DNA of 64,000 nucleotides from Elusimicrobiota bacterium (GTDB lineage Bacteria > Elusimicrobiota > Elusimicrobia > UBA1565 > UBA9628): positions 58-64,057 of the forward strand of contig DAIDHI010000080.1 of NCBI GenBank assembly GCA_027452025.1. The letters are read 5' to 3'. A program made the translations under genes and the position numbers. Within the stretch, counting starts at the first letter, position 1. The number at the start of each line of letters is the position of its first letter. This document shows positions 47,805-56,612 of this stretch, one piece after another. Below the pieces are notes generated by a model that worked only from the letters and a program-made list of their open reading frames with translations, did no database searches and had not been told where the DNA came from.

Positions 47805-48467
47805 TCAGTGAAGCAGCGCGGCCCAGTCCAGCCGCAGAAGGTCGCCGATGCGCGGGACCGCGACGTCGGCCCAGTCCCCCCGCGAGACACCCGCCGCGTA
47901 ATGCCCCTGGCGGGGCCACACGGTGATCACGCGGTCCTTCCACGCTCTCTTGACGGCCTTCAGGATGCGCGGCTTGTCGTCGACGAGCACATAGCGCCGG
48001 GCGGGATACAGACGCTCGACGTCGCGCAGGTTCTTCTCCTTGTGCACGTAGACGAGGGCCCGGCCGCCCGTCGCGCGGGAAAGGCCCGACGCGCGGGTCT
48101 TGAGCGGCTGGAACACGGCGTCGCCGTCGGTGAAGAGCACGGTCCTCCCGAGGCGGCGCAAAAGCCCGAGGACCCGCCGCGCGCGCGGGTAGACGCGGCG
48201 GGCGAAGGGATAGTCGATCAAGAAGGCGGAGACTTGGGCGAAATGCTGGTCGGCGGGATAGCGCGCCCGATAGCGCTGGACGGCGCCCAGATAGTCGGCG
48301 TAGCCGAGCTCCCGGCGCAGGCTCTCGAAGATGCGCCAGTAAAGCCTCTGGCGCGCGGCGCCGATCTGGCGATTGAGATGCCGGCGCAAGTCGGCCGCCA
48401 CCGTGTCGTTGTCGAGCAGGGTGTTGTCGACGTCGAGCAGGAAGACGACGCGGCCGATGCGCTTCAC
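47805..48467 (-). CDS. HAD-superfamily hydrolase
   Basis: VVFLLDVDNTLLDND (DxDxT motif I) and a downstream ...VLFTDGD... region. 220 aa. Confidence 0.7.
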   Translation of the reverse strand: MKRIGRVVFLLDVDNTLLDNDTVAADLRRHLNRQIGAARQRLYWRIFESLRRELGYADYLGAVQRYRARYPADQHFAQVSAFLIDYPFARRVYPRARRVLGLLRRLGRTVLFTDGDAVFQPLKTRASGLSRATGGRALVYVHKEKNLRDVERLYPARRYVLVDDKPRILKAVKRAWKDRVITVWPRQGHYAAGVSRGDWADVAVPRIGDLLRLDWAALLH

Positions 48468-49000
48468 GAGCCGAGCACGGCCTCCGGCCTGAGATAATGG
48501 CAGGTGTAGCCGCCGGGGTCCTTCTGCAGGTAGTCCTGATGGTAATCTTCGGCGGGATAAAACGGCCCCGCGGGCGAGATCTCGGTGACCAGCGGCGCGC
48601 CCCAGCCGCCCGCCTCGTCGATCCTCCTCTTGAGCGCCTCGGCGGCCTTGCGCTGCTCCTCGGTATGGAAGAAGATCGCCGAGCGGTAGGAGGTGCCGAC
48701 GTCGTTGCCCTGCCGGTTGAGGGTCGTCGGATCGTGCATGCGGAAGAACCAGCGCAGGAGGACCTCGAAGGGCAGCCGGTCCGGGTCGTATTCGACGCGC
48801 ACGGCCTCGGCGTGGCCCGTGGCGCCGGAATGGACGGCCTCGTAGCGCGGGTTGGGCGTGCGCCCCCCGGTATAGCCGACTTCCGTGCGCGTCACGCCGG
48901 GGATGCGGCGCAGCAGCTCCTGCATGCCCCAGAAGCAGCCTCCCGCCAGGTCCACCGTCTCCGTCCGCTTGCGCTCGGTCATGTCCTCGGTCTCCGCCAA
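48464..49000 (-). CDS. msrA: peptide-methionine (S)-S-oxide reductase
   Basis: GGCFWGMQE active-site motif, GHAEAVRVEYDP, YHQDYL. Confidence 0.92.
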   Translation of the reverse strand: MAETEDMTERKRTETVDLAGGCFWGMQELLRRIPGVTRTEVGYTGGRTPNPRYEAVHSGATGHAEAVRVEYDPDRLPFEVLLRWFFRMHDPTTLNRQGNDVGTSYRSAIFFHTEEQRKAAEALKRRIDEAGGWGAPLVTEISPAGPFYPAEDYHQDYLQKDPGGYTCHYLRPEAVLGS

Positions 49001-49048
49001 ATGGTATAGTGCGCTGCCGGGGAAAAATTACTTTAAAAGGAAGACGAC

Positions 49049-49474
49049 ATGCCAGGGCACTTCAAGAAACGCCGCCACGCGCCGGGACCGAGCAAGAACG
49101 AGGAGAAGATCATGCGCGCCCGCCGCGCCGAGAATCAAACCCGCCTGGGCTCCCGCCACGCCGCCGTGCGTCAACTGCGCGCGGAATTGGTGTTCCTCGA
49201 CGCCCACCAGACGGAGCTCGACCGCAAGGCCGTGACCCGCGGACCCTCGGACGCCGCCTCGCTTTCCTTCTCCTGTCCCGGCCTCTGCGGGCGCAGCGTC
49301 TTCGACCTGGAGCCGCTGCTTTTGCAGAACGTGGCGTCCCGAGCGCCCTCCTTCGAGGTCGGTCTAAAATGCGCGGCGCAGGTCGCCTCCTCCGGCCAGC
49401 CCTGCGGCTGCGAGCTCAAGGGCCGCATCGACATCGACTACTTCCCGGCCGAGAACCCCGCCCCCGGCGCCTGA
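49049..49474 (+). CDS. hypothetical Cys-containing protein
   Basis: 141-aa ATG ORF with consistently high GC3. No family recognised. Confidence 0.45.
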   Translation: MPGHFKKRRHAPGPSKNEEKIMRARRAENQTRLGSRHAAVRQLRAELVFLDAHQTELDRKAVTRGPSDAASLSFSCPGLCGRSVFDLEPLLLQNVASRAPSFEVGLKCAAQVASSGQPCGCELKGRIDIDYFPAENPAPGA

Positions 49475-49634
49475 CGCTCCGGGCTCGAGGGCAGCCTGCT
49501 TTTCCGCCCGACAGCCCGGGTCCCTTGGCCCGCGCGGAGGGCGCGCACGACGGCGAATCTATGATCCCCATCATGGTCGCCGCATTGCCGCACTGGTAAA
49601 CTTCGAAAGCCCAGGAGGGCCCGACCCGCCAACC

Positions 49635-50300
49635 GTGCTGTCATCAAAGGAGATTCGCCGCTTCCTCGCCTGCATCAAGCCCTTCGCCGCGCTGCCCAGC
49701 CGGGAGCTCGACCGCGTCGCCAGCCACGCCGTGAGCCGGCGATTCCTGGACGGGGAGACGGTCTACGAGGAAAGCGCCGCGGCCGAGAGCATCTGGATCG
49801 TCCATCAGGGCCGCGTCGTCGTCTTTAAGAACGCGCCGCTCCAGGGCCGCTTCCCGATCGAGTCGCTGGGCCCGGGCGAGGTCTTCGGCGCCTTCTGCCG
49901 CCTCGGCGAGGATTCCGGGAAATACCCCTGCTCGGCCCTGGCCGCAGGCAAGGCGACGATCATCCGCCTGCCCGAGCGCTCCTTCTTCGAGCCTTACGAC
50001 GGCAACTCCGCCTTCGCCCGCCAGGCTTGCGCGCTCTGCTCGGTGCGCCTGGCGATCACGCTCACTCTCAGGAACGTCGATCAAGCGCCGGTCGAGACGC
50101 GCGTCGCCCACACGCTCGCGCGCCTGCACCGCGTCTACGGGGCGACGATCCCCTTGACCAAGCGCGAGCTCGCCGAGCTCGTCGGCTCAGCCCTAGAGAC
50201 CACCTTCCGGGCGCTGGCCAAACTCCAGCGCCAGGGAGTGGTCTTTTCCTCGCGCGGCAGGATCGAGATCAAGAAGCCGGAGCGGCTGACGGCTTCTTAG
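49635..50300 (+). CDS. Crp/Fnr-family transcriptional regulator
   Basis: A cNMP-binding-like beta-roll (GETVYEESAAAESIWIVHQGRVVVFK) and a C-terminal HTH (LTKRELAELVGSALETTFRALAKLQRQGVV). GTG start. Confidence 0.8.
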   Translation: MLSSKEIRRFLACIKPFAALPSRELDRVASHAVSRRFLDGETVYEESAAAESIWIVHQGRVVVFKNAPLQGRFPIESLGPGEVFGAFCRLGEDSGKYPCSALAAGKATIIRLPERSFFEPYDGNSAFARQACALCSVRLAITLTLRNVDQAPVETRVAHTLARLHRVYGATIPLTKRELAELVGSALETTFRALAKLQRQGVVFSSRGRIEIKKPERLTAS

Positions 50301-50302
50301 CC

Positions 50303-50902
50303 CTACTCGACGCGAAAGACCTGCCCCGTCTGCGCGCCCTCCACGCTCTTGGCGTAGGCCAGCGCCACCCGCGCGCCGGCCACGGGCTCGTAGCCCCGGA
50401 AATAGGGCCCGAAATCCTTCATCGACTCGGCGAGCACTCCGGGGCAAACGGCGTTGATGCGCCGGCCGCGCGAAAGCTCCACGGCCGCCGCGACGCAGAA
50501 CGAGTTGATCGCGCCGTTGACCATGGAAGCGGAGCTGCCGAAGCGGATCGGGTCGCGGTCGAGGATTCCGGAGGTCAGAGTGAAGGAGCCTCCGTCGCTG
50601 ACGTGCTCGCGGCCGAGGAGCACCAGGTTGACCTGCCCCATGAGCTTGTCCTTGAGGCCGATCTCGAAGCCGCTTGCGTCGAGCTGCTCGAGCGGCGCGA
50701 ACTTCACGCGCCCGGCCGCCGACACGACGGCGTCGACTTTGCCGAGCTTCGCGAACGCCGCCCTGATCGACTCGACCGAGGTGATGTCGACGCGAATGTC
50801 GCCCGTCTTGCTGCCGCCCGAAACGATCTCGTGCCGCGAGCCCAGCTCCGCGGCCACGGCCCGCCCGATGGTGCCCGACGCGCCCACGAGGAATATTTTC
50901 AT
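50303..50902 (-). CDS. short-chain dehydrogenase/reductase (atypical, ~200 aa)
   Basis: MKIFLVGASGTIGRAV Rossmann motif ... RINAVCPGV. Confidence 0.78.
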   Translation of the reverse strand: MKIFLVGASGTIGRAVAAELGSRHEIVSGGSKTGDIRVDITSVESIRAAFAKLGKVDAVVSAAGRVKFAPLEQLDASGFEIGLKDKLMGQVNLVLLGREHVSDGGSFTLTSGILDRDPIRFGSSASMVNGAINSFCVAAAVELSRGRRINAVCPGVLAESMKDFGPYFRGYEPVAGARVALAYAKSVEGAQTGQVFRVE

Positions 50903-50944
50903 GGGCCGATTATGACAATTCCAGGGGGCGGGCCGCGACGCCGG

Positions 50945-51496
50945 CTACTGATTTCCGCCAGAGGGCTGCGTCGACTCGCCGAGCTTGCCCTGCAGACGCT
51001 TGGCCTCGCCCAGGTGCCGGGCGACGGTCTCCCGGGTGCTCTCGATGAACCGCCGGAATTCCTTGTTCGACGTGGAAGCCAGGGCCGAATCGAGCTTGTC
51101 GAGCGCCTGCTGGTGCTCCTTGATCTGCGCTTCGATGTAGGCGGCGTCGAAGCCGCCGGCGCCCCGCGCCTGCAGCTGCTGCGTCGTCTCCTGCGCCTGG
51201 CTCGACAAGGCCTGGACCTCCGACGTCGCCTCCGGCTGTATTCCCTGGCGCTTGTCGACGGACGCCAACTGGGAGTCGTTCTTGCTGTGGTCTCGCAGCA
51301 TCATATGGGCGAAGCGCTTGACCGCCGGCGACTGGGCGCTCTGCTCGGCGACCTTCGCCTGGGAGATCTCCGCGTGGTTGATCGCCTGGATCATCGCCGC
51401 CGTCTGCGCGTCCGCGGGGCCCTGGTTGGAAGTCCCTTGAGCGAAAGCCGTCGCCGCCAGCGCCGCCGCCGAGACCGCCAAGATCAATCTGTTCAT
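50945..51496 (-). CDS. DUF4142 domain protein (periplasmic)
   Basis: Signal peptide MNRLILAVSAAALAATAFA, ...INHAEISQAKVA...FAHMMLRDHS... pattern, AAGGAGG SD before ATG 51496. Confidence 0.72.
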   Translation of the reverse strand: MNRLILAVSAAALAATAFAQGTSNQGPADAQTAAMIQAINHAEISQAKVAEQSAQSPAVKRFAHMMLRDHSKNDSQLASVDKRQGIQPEATSEVQALSSQAQETTQQLQARGAGGFDAAYIEAQIKEHQQALDKLDSALASTSNKEFRRFIESTRETVARHLGEAKRLQGKLGESTQPSGGNQ

Positions 51497-51676
51497 AGTG
51501 TTCCTCCTTGGTTGGGCGGTCATTCTACCAGCGCGCCGCGACGGCCCGGCGTCGGCCGCGTAAGCAAGGCCGGACGGACGTCGCCGGCGTTGAATTACCT
51601 GGAGTTGCGGAAAATCGGCGGTCCCCGTCAAGCAAAAGCCCTTCCGCGAGGAAGGGCTTATCCGGCAGGGTCGAGA

Positions 51677-51751
51677 TGGTGGGCAGTATAGGATTCGAAC
51701 CTATGACCCCTGTCGTGTGAGGACAGTGCTCTACCGCTGAGCTAACTGCCC
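51677..51751 (-). tRNA. tRNA-Val (anticodon CAC), CCA-encoded
   Basis: Reverse complement: GGGCAGT TA GCTC AGCGGTA GAGC A CTGTC CTCACAC GACAG GGGTC ATAGG TTCGAAT CCTAT ACTGCCC A CCA. This gives a full cloverleaf with a 7-bp acceptor stem and a TTCGAAT T-loop. Confidence 0.9.
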
Positions 51752-51803
51752 GCAAAGCGGTTCGTTGATTATAGCAATTTCCCGATTTGCCACTCGCAGC
51801 CAA

Positions 51804-51833
51804 TTGACAACCCAAGTTCTCCCTTATTAGTAT
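51804..51833 (+). promoter_or_regulatory. candidate sigma70-type promoter of the regulator/radical-SAM operon
   Basis: TTGACA (51804-51809), an 18-nt spacer, then TAGTAT (51828-51833), inside an unusually AT-rich ~110-nt intergenic region. A small inverted repeat ATTGAAACAAT lies just downstream. Confidence 0.35.
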
Positions 51834-51862
51834 TTTCAGAACTTATTGAAACAATAGAAACC

Positions 51863-52378
51863 ATGAGCGACAGGCTTAAGGCGGCGAAGGCGCGGTTCGT
51901 GTCCACCTGGGGCGAGATGGCGTCCCATTGGGGCATCAACAAGACGATGGCGCGCATCCATGCGCTGCTCATCGCCTCCGACGCCGCGCTCTCGGTCGAC
52001 GAGATCATGGCAACGCTCTCGATCAGCCGCGGTAACGCCAGCATGAACCTGCGGGCGCTGATGGACTGGGGCCTGGTCAGGCGCGTTTCGGTGGGCAGCG
52101 AGCGGCGCGAGTATTTCCAGAGCGAGAAGGACGTCTGGAACATGTGCTGCCGCATCGCGCGCGAGCGCAAGAAGCGGGAGATCGAGCCCGTGATCGGCGC
52201 TCTGGAGGAATGCCTGCGCGAAGCCGGGGAAGGCCAGGACTCGGCGGCCTTCCGGCGCCGGACCAAGGAGCTCTTGGAGCTGGTCAAGACCCTCGATTTC
52301 GTGCTCGGCAAGGTCGCCGCGCAAGAGAAGAACGCCGTCATGCCGCGCGTGCTGACGCTGCTCAAGGCCATGTCATGA
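51863..52378 (+). CDS. GbsR/MarR-like winged-helix transcriptional regulator
   Basis: FVSTWGEMASHWGINKTMARIHALLIASDAALSVDEIMATLSISRGNASMNLRALMDWGLVRRV is the GbsR-type wHTH pattern. Confidence 0.7.
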   Translation: MSDRLKAAKARFVSTWGEMASHWGINKTMARIHALLIASDAALSVDEIMATLSISRGNASMNLRALMDWGLVRRVSVGSERREYFQSEKDVWNMCCRIARERKKREIEPVIGALEECLREAGEGQDSAAFRRRTKELLELVKTLDFVLGKVAAQEKNAVMPRVLTLLKAMS

Positions 52379-53319
52379 CTCCCGCTTCTTTATTAAAGGT
52401 GGAGGACTCGCTCTCCCGCGTTCGCGCGGGCCTGGAGAGCCGCGCCCTGCGCATCGAGGGCCGGGTCGGCCGGGAGCTGGCGGCCTTCGTGGCCCGCCCG
52501 GGAAAGATGCTGCGCTCGCGCTTCTGCCTGCTTTTGGGCGGCGCGCTGGGCGTGCCGCGGGACAAGGCCGAGGCGGCCGCCCGGGCGCTGGAGCTGGTGC
52601 ACAACGCCAGCCTCCTCCATGACGACTGCATCGACGAGGCCACGCTTCGCCGCAGCCGGCCCACGCCCAACGCCCTTTTCAACATCCCGACGGCGCTGCT
52701 CATCGGCGATCTGGCTTTTTCCCAAGGCCTCGAGGAGGCCGTGGACGTTTCGCCGAGCGCGGCCAAGCTCCTGGCCGCGGCGGTGCGCGAGATGTCGGTC
52801 GGGGAGCTTCAGGAGGAGTTCCTCAAGGGCGACGCCGACTTGACCGTCGACGCCTACATCGGCGTCTGCTCGCGCAAGACCGGCGCGCTCTTCGAGTGGG
52901 CCGGGGCGGTGCTCTCGGAGCTGAGCCCCTTTCCCCACGAGCAGGCGGACCCGCCGCGGCTGGCCTGCGCGGCCGGCATCCTCCTTCAGGTCGTCGACGA
53001 CATCCACGACTACACCCTGGGCGAGCGGGTGTCGGGCAAGGACGAGGGCCAGGACGTCAAGAACCGGCGGCTGACGCTGCCCTGCCTCTACGCCCTGGCC
53101 GACGCGCGGGCCCGCGAGGAGTTTCTCAAGCTTTGGCGAGGCGGCGACGCGACGGGAGTGGGACGGTTCCTCGTCGAGGGCGGGTTCGTCGCGAAGGCGC
53201 GCGGGAAGGGGCGGGAGCTGGCCGACTCCATGACGGCGATGGCGCGCGCCCTGCCCTGCCGCGCCGAGGCCTCCCAATTGGCCTTCTTCATCGACCTGCT
53301 GGTCAAGAGGGAATTTTGA
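52375..53319 (+). CDS. polyprenyl diphosphate synthase (trans-isoprenyl, FARM/SARM type)
   Basis: First Asp-rich motif LLHDDCIDE and second motif VVDDIHD. 314 aa. The ATG overlaps the regulator stop (ATGA). Confidence 0.88.
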   Translation: MTPASLLKVEDSLSRVRAGLESRALRIEGRVGRELAAFVARPGKMLRSRFCLLLGGALGVPRDKAEAAARALELVHNASLLHDDCIDEATLRRSRPTPNALFNIPTALLIGDLAFSQGLEEAVDVSPSAAKLLAAAVREMSVGELQEEFLKGDADLTVDAYIGVCSRKTGALFEWAGAVLSELSPFPHEQADPPRLACAAGILLQVVDDIHDYTLGERVSGKDEGQDVKNRRLTLPCLYALADARAREEFLKLWRGGDATGVGRFLVEGGFVAKARGKGRELADSMTAMARALPCRAEASQLAFFIDLLVKREF

Positions 53320-53320
53320 G

Positions 53321-53761
53321 ATGTCTTACGAGGCCCTGGTCAAGAAAGCGTGGGCGAGCGGGACGTTCAAGCTCGACGAGGCCGAGGCCGGAAAGGCCGA
53401 TCCGTCGGCGGCCGTCAGTCGCGAGGCCGTGCGCCGGGAGATGGAACAGATCGCGGAGAGGGAGACCTGGGACGCCGCAAGCTGCTTCTCCGCCCATAAA
53501 GAGGGAATCATGAAACTAGCTCCGTTCGTGAAGTTCCGTGAAGAGAAGTTCGGCGCCGTGCTCTTTGAGACGCGCTCGGAGAAGGTCTATACGCTCAGCC
53601 CGAGCGGCGCCGCCGTCGTGCGGGAAGTGGTCGCCGGGGCCACTTCCAGCGACCTGCCGGCCAGGCTCAAGCAGAAGTTCGAGGACCCCACCGGGAAGAT
53701 GGAGCAGGAAGCGGCAAGCTTCCTGGCCCAGCTCAAGGACAAGGGCCTCGTCGTCGAGTAG
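53321..53761 (+). CDS. PqqD-family peptide chaperone (RRE) with 63-aa N-terminal extension
   Basis: The C-terminal 83 aa (MKLAPFVKFREEKFGAVLFETRSEKVYTLSPSGAAVVREV...FLAQLKDKGLVV) show the PqqD/MftB pattern. The N-terminal 63 aa have high GC3, so they are probably translated. There is an internal alternative start at 53510. Both ATGs are preceded by AAGAGGGAAT. Confidence 0.7.
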   Translation: MSYEALVKKAWASGTFKLDEAEAGKADPSAAVSREAVRREMEQIAERETWDAASCFSAHKEGIMKLAPFVKFREEKFGAVLFETRSEKVYTLSPSGAAVVREVVAGATSSDLPARLKQKFEDPTGKMEQEAASFLAQLKDKGLVVE

Positions 53762-53767
53762 GGCGCC

Positions 53768-54739
53768 GTGACCGCGCAAGCTCCCGAAAGCGCGCCGCAG
53801 ACGGGCACCGAGGATCTCGGCGCCCCGCTCTACGTCGCCTGGCAGATCACCAACGAGTGCAACCTGGCCTGCCTACACTGCATCGAGGAGTCCGGGCCGG
53901 GAAAGGCCTTCAAGGACGAGCTGACCACCGAGGAGGCTTACCGCCTCATCGACCAGCTCGCGCAAGGCGAGGTGCCCTACGTCTCCTTCTCGGGCGGCGA
54001 GCCGATGGTCCGGCCGGACTTCTTCGGCATGGTCGAGAGAATCACTCGGGGCGGCGTCGGGCTCAAGATCGAGACCAACGGCCATTACCTAACCGCTGAC
54101 AACTGCCGCCGCCTCAAGGACCTGGGCGTCAAGGCCGTCCAGGTCTCCCTCGACGGCGCCAGCCCCGCCTCGTTCAACAAGATGCGGGTCCACGGCCGCT
54201 TCGAGTCGGCGCTGGAAGGCATCGGCCGGCTGCGCGAGGCGGGCGTGCCGATCGAAATCAACTTCGTGCCGGCGAAGTTTAATATCCGCGAGATCGGCGC
54301 CGCCGTCGACTTGGCCTACCGGCTCGGGGCGTATTCGTTCTATACCGGCAAGCTGATGTATACCGGCAACGCCGTGCGCACCTGGGGCATCACCGCCCCC
54401 GACGAGGCGGAGTATCCCGCCTACTTCGCCGCGCTCAAGGAGAAGGCCAAGGAGTACGAAGGCCGCATGCGCGTCTACTACCACGAGATGGGGCTGCTCG
54501 AGGAGCTGCGCTACCGCCTGAAAAACCCCGCCGCCCTCTTCATCGTCCTGCCCAACGGCAAGGTCAAGCTCATCAACGCCCTGCCCTTTATCTGCGGCGA
54601 CCTGCGCCGCCAGAGCCTGGGCCAGGTCTGGCAGAGCTTCCAGCTCGCCTGGAAAAGCCCGCGGGTCAGCGCCTTCATCGACGAGCTCGCCGCCGACCCC
54701 TCGATCCTGTCTCGTCTGCACCGCTGGGAGGAGGTCTAG
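53768..54739 (+). CDS. radical SAM enzyme, PqqE/AhbD-like core, SPASM cysteines absent (paralog 1)
   Basis: YVAWQITNECNLACLHC (Cx3Cx2C), SFSGGEP, KIETNG, VQVSLDG. The C-terminal region ...VLPNGKVKLINALPFICGDL keeps only one Cys. Confidence 0.85.
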   Translation: MTAQAPESAPQTGTEDLGAPLYVAWQITNECNLACLHCIEESGPGKAFKDELTTEEAYRLIDQLAQGEVPYVSFSGGEPMVRPDFFGMVERITRGGVGLKIETNGHYLTADNCRRLKDLGVKAVQVSLDGASPASFNKMRVHGRFESALEGIGRLREAGVPIEINFVPAKFNIREIGAAVDLAYRLGAYSFYTGKLMYTGNAVRTWGITAPDEAEYPAYFAALKEKAKEYEGRMRVYYHEMGLLEELRYRLKNPAALFIVLPNGKVKLINALPFICGDLRRQSLGQVWQSFQLAWKSPRVSAFIDELAADPSILSRLHRWEEV

Positions 54740-54745
54740 GCGGAC

Positions 54746-55633
54746 ATGAGCCTCGTCGGCAAGGCCGCGGCGCTGGTGCGCTACCGCTTCTTTCTCTACG
54801 CGGGCCTCCTGCCCTATCTGCTGGGCGCGGCCTGGGCCTACGGCGTGGACCGGCAGTTTCGGCCCGGCGTCTTCTGGCTCGGCCTGCTCGGGATCTTCCT
54901 CGCCGTCGTCGGAGTCGAGAGCTTCAACGAGTATTTCGACGCGAAGATGGGGACCGACCGGGTCTTCAATCCCGACGCCGACGAGAACATCCCGGAGTGG
55001 ATGTTCTCGCTCGGCGTGGCCGCCTTCGCGCTGGCCGCGGCGGTCGGCTTCTACCTGGCCTGGGAAGGCGGCTGGCCCGTGGTCCTCTATACTCTGCTCG
55101 GCGGCGCCGCCGCCGTCTGGTACGTGGGCCCGCCCGTGCGCTGGGTCTACCGGGGCCTTGGCGAGGCCGTGATCGGGCTGTCCTACGGCCCGTGGATGAC
55201 GCTGGGCTCGGTGCAGCTGCACACGCACCGTTTTTCCTGGGGCGCGCTGGCCGCGTCGCTCGTCCCCGGCCTGCTGATCATGGCGCTGGCCGTGGTCAAC
55301 AACATCCCCGATTATCATCAGGACCGGCTGGTCGGCAAGAGGAACCTCGTCGTGAGGCTGGGCCGGGAGAAGGGACGGCTGCTCTACCTCGCCTTGTCGG
55401 GGCTGGGCTTGGCCGTGATCGTCGCCGGAGCGGCGGCGGGGACGTTCCCGCGCCTTTGCCTGCTGGCCGCGCTGCCCGGCGCCGCCCTTTGGTGGGCGAG
55501 CCTGCGCGCCGGCCGGGACACCTGGGACACGCCCCGCGCCTTCCTGCCGGCCATCAAGAGCATCGTGCAATGCTACGCCTTGACGACGCTGATCTTCGCC
55601 TTGGCGGTGGCGTTCGGAGCGCGCCTGGCATGA
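54746..55633 (+). CDS. UbiA-superfamily aromatic prenyltransferase, MenA-like
   Basis: NEYFDAKMGTD (compare MenA NDYGDAVKGSD) and NNIPDYHQDRLVGKRNLVVRLG (compare MenA NNLRDINSDRENGKNTLVVRLG, recalled from E. coli). 8-9 TM helices. Confidence 0.85.
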   Translation: MSLVGKAAALVRYRFFLYAGLLPYLLGAAWAYGVDRQFRPGVFWLGLLGIFLAVVGVESFNEYFDAKMGTDRVFNPDADENIPEWMFSLGVAAFALAAAVGFYLAWEGGWPVVLYTLLGGAAAVWYVGPPVRWVYRGLGEAVIGLSYGPWMTLGSVQLHTHRFSWGALAASLVPGLLIMALAVVNNIPDYHQDRLVGKRNLVVRLGREKGRLLYLALSGLGLAVIVAGAAAGTFPRLCLLAALPGAALWWASLRAGRDTWDTPRAFLPAIKSIVQCYALTTLIFALAVAFGARLA

Positions 55634-56592
55634 GGATCGATTCCCTGAGCGCCCCGGCGATGGTCGCCTGGCAGCTCACGCGCGACTGCAACCTCGCCTG
55701 CCTGCACTGCTGCACGGACTCCGCGCCGGGCCGGGCGCTGCCCGGCGAGCTGCCGCGCGAGAGAGCCCTGTCTCTGGCGCGCGAGATCGCCGAGGCGGGC
55801 GTGCCTTACGCGCTGATCGCCGGCGGCGAGCCGAGCTTGGTCTCGCATTTCGGCGAGGTCTGCGCCGCGCTTTCCCAGGGCGGCGTCTGGCTCAAGGTCG
55901 AGACCAACGGCCAGAGCTTCGACGTCTCGGCGCTGCGCGGCCTGCGCGTGCGCTCGGTGCAAGTCTCGCTCGACGGCGCGACTCGGCGCGTCTACGCCCG
56001 ACAGCGGCCGGGCGGCGACCTGGAGAAGGCCCTGGCCTGCGGCCGCGCCGTGCGCGCCGCCGGGCTGCCCCTGGAGATCACGTTCGCCCCCACTCTCCTC
56101 AACATCGACGAGGCCGGCGCCGTCATCGACTTGGCCCTGGAGCTCGGAGCCTTCCGCTTCAACACCGGAAGGCTCATGCGATTGGGCACCGCCGCCAAGC
56201 TCTGGCAGCGCCTGGAGCCTTCGCAGGAGCGCTACGAAAGGTTCCTCGCGCTGCTCGAGCGGCGCGAGCGCGAGCTGGCCGGACGCCTGGAGCTGTGCTT
56301 CCGGCCGTTTTCGCTGCCCGAGGATGCCCGGGCCCTCAGACGCGAGCCCCCGGGGACCTTGCTGATCCTCCCCGACGGCCGCGTGAAAGTGGCCGCGCCG
56401 CTGCCCTACACCTGTTTCGACGTGACGAAACGTCCGTTTCTCGAGGCGTGGGACGCGTATCGCAAGTCTTTCGGCGATCCGCGCGTCCTGCGCGCCTTCG
56501 AGCGCCTCGCCGCCGACCCCGCGTCGTCGGCGAAGGCCAATGAGTGGGTCGACCTGGAGTCCGTCGCCTTCGATTTGCCGGCCGTGGTCTGA
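55630..56592 (+). CDS. radical SAM enzyme, PqqE/AhbD-like core, SPASM cysteines absent (paralog 2)
   Basis: MVAWQLTRDCNLACLHC, IAGGEP, KVETNG, VQVSLDG, ...ILPDGRVKVAAPLPYTCFDV. The ATG overlaps the prenyltransferase stop (ATGA). Confidence 0.85.
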   Translation: MRIDSLSAPAMVAWQLTRDCNLACLHCCTDSAPGRALPGELPRERALSLAREIAEAGVPYALIAGGEPSLVSHFGEVCAALSQGGVWLKVETNGQSFDVSALRGLRVRSVQVSLDGATRRVYARQRPGGDLEKALACGRAVRAAGLPLEITFAPTLLNIDEAGAVIDLALELGAFRFNTGRLMRLGTAAKLWQRLEPSQERYERFLALLERRERELAGRLELCFRPFSLPEDARALRREPPGTLLILPDGRVKVAAPLPYTCFDVTKRPFLEAWDAYRKSFGDPRVLRAFERLAADPASSAKANEWVDLESVAFDLPAVV

Positions 56593-56612
56593 CCGGCAGA
56601 CAGGAGTCAAGC

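Noticed and set aside
53321-53509. The 63-aa segment upstream of the PqqD domain as an independent precursor peptide
   Set aside because: No stop codon separates it from the PqqD domain, so it can only be an N-terminal extension or an untranslated part of the frame.
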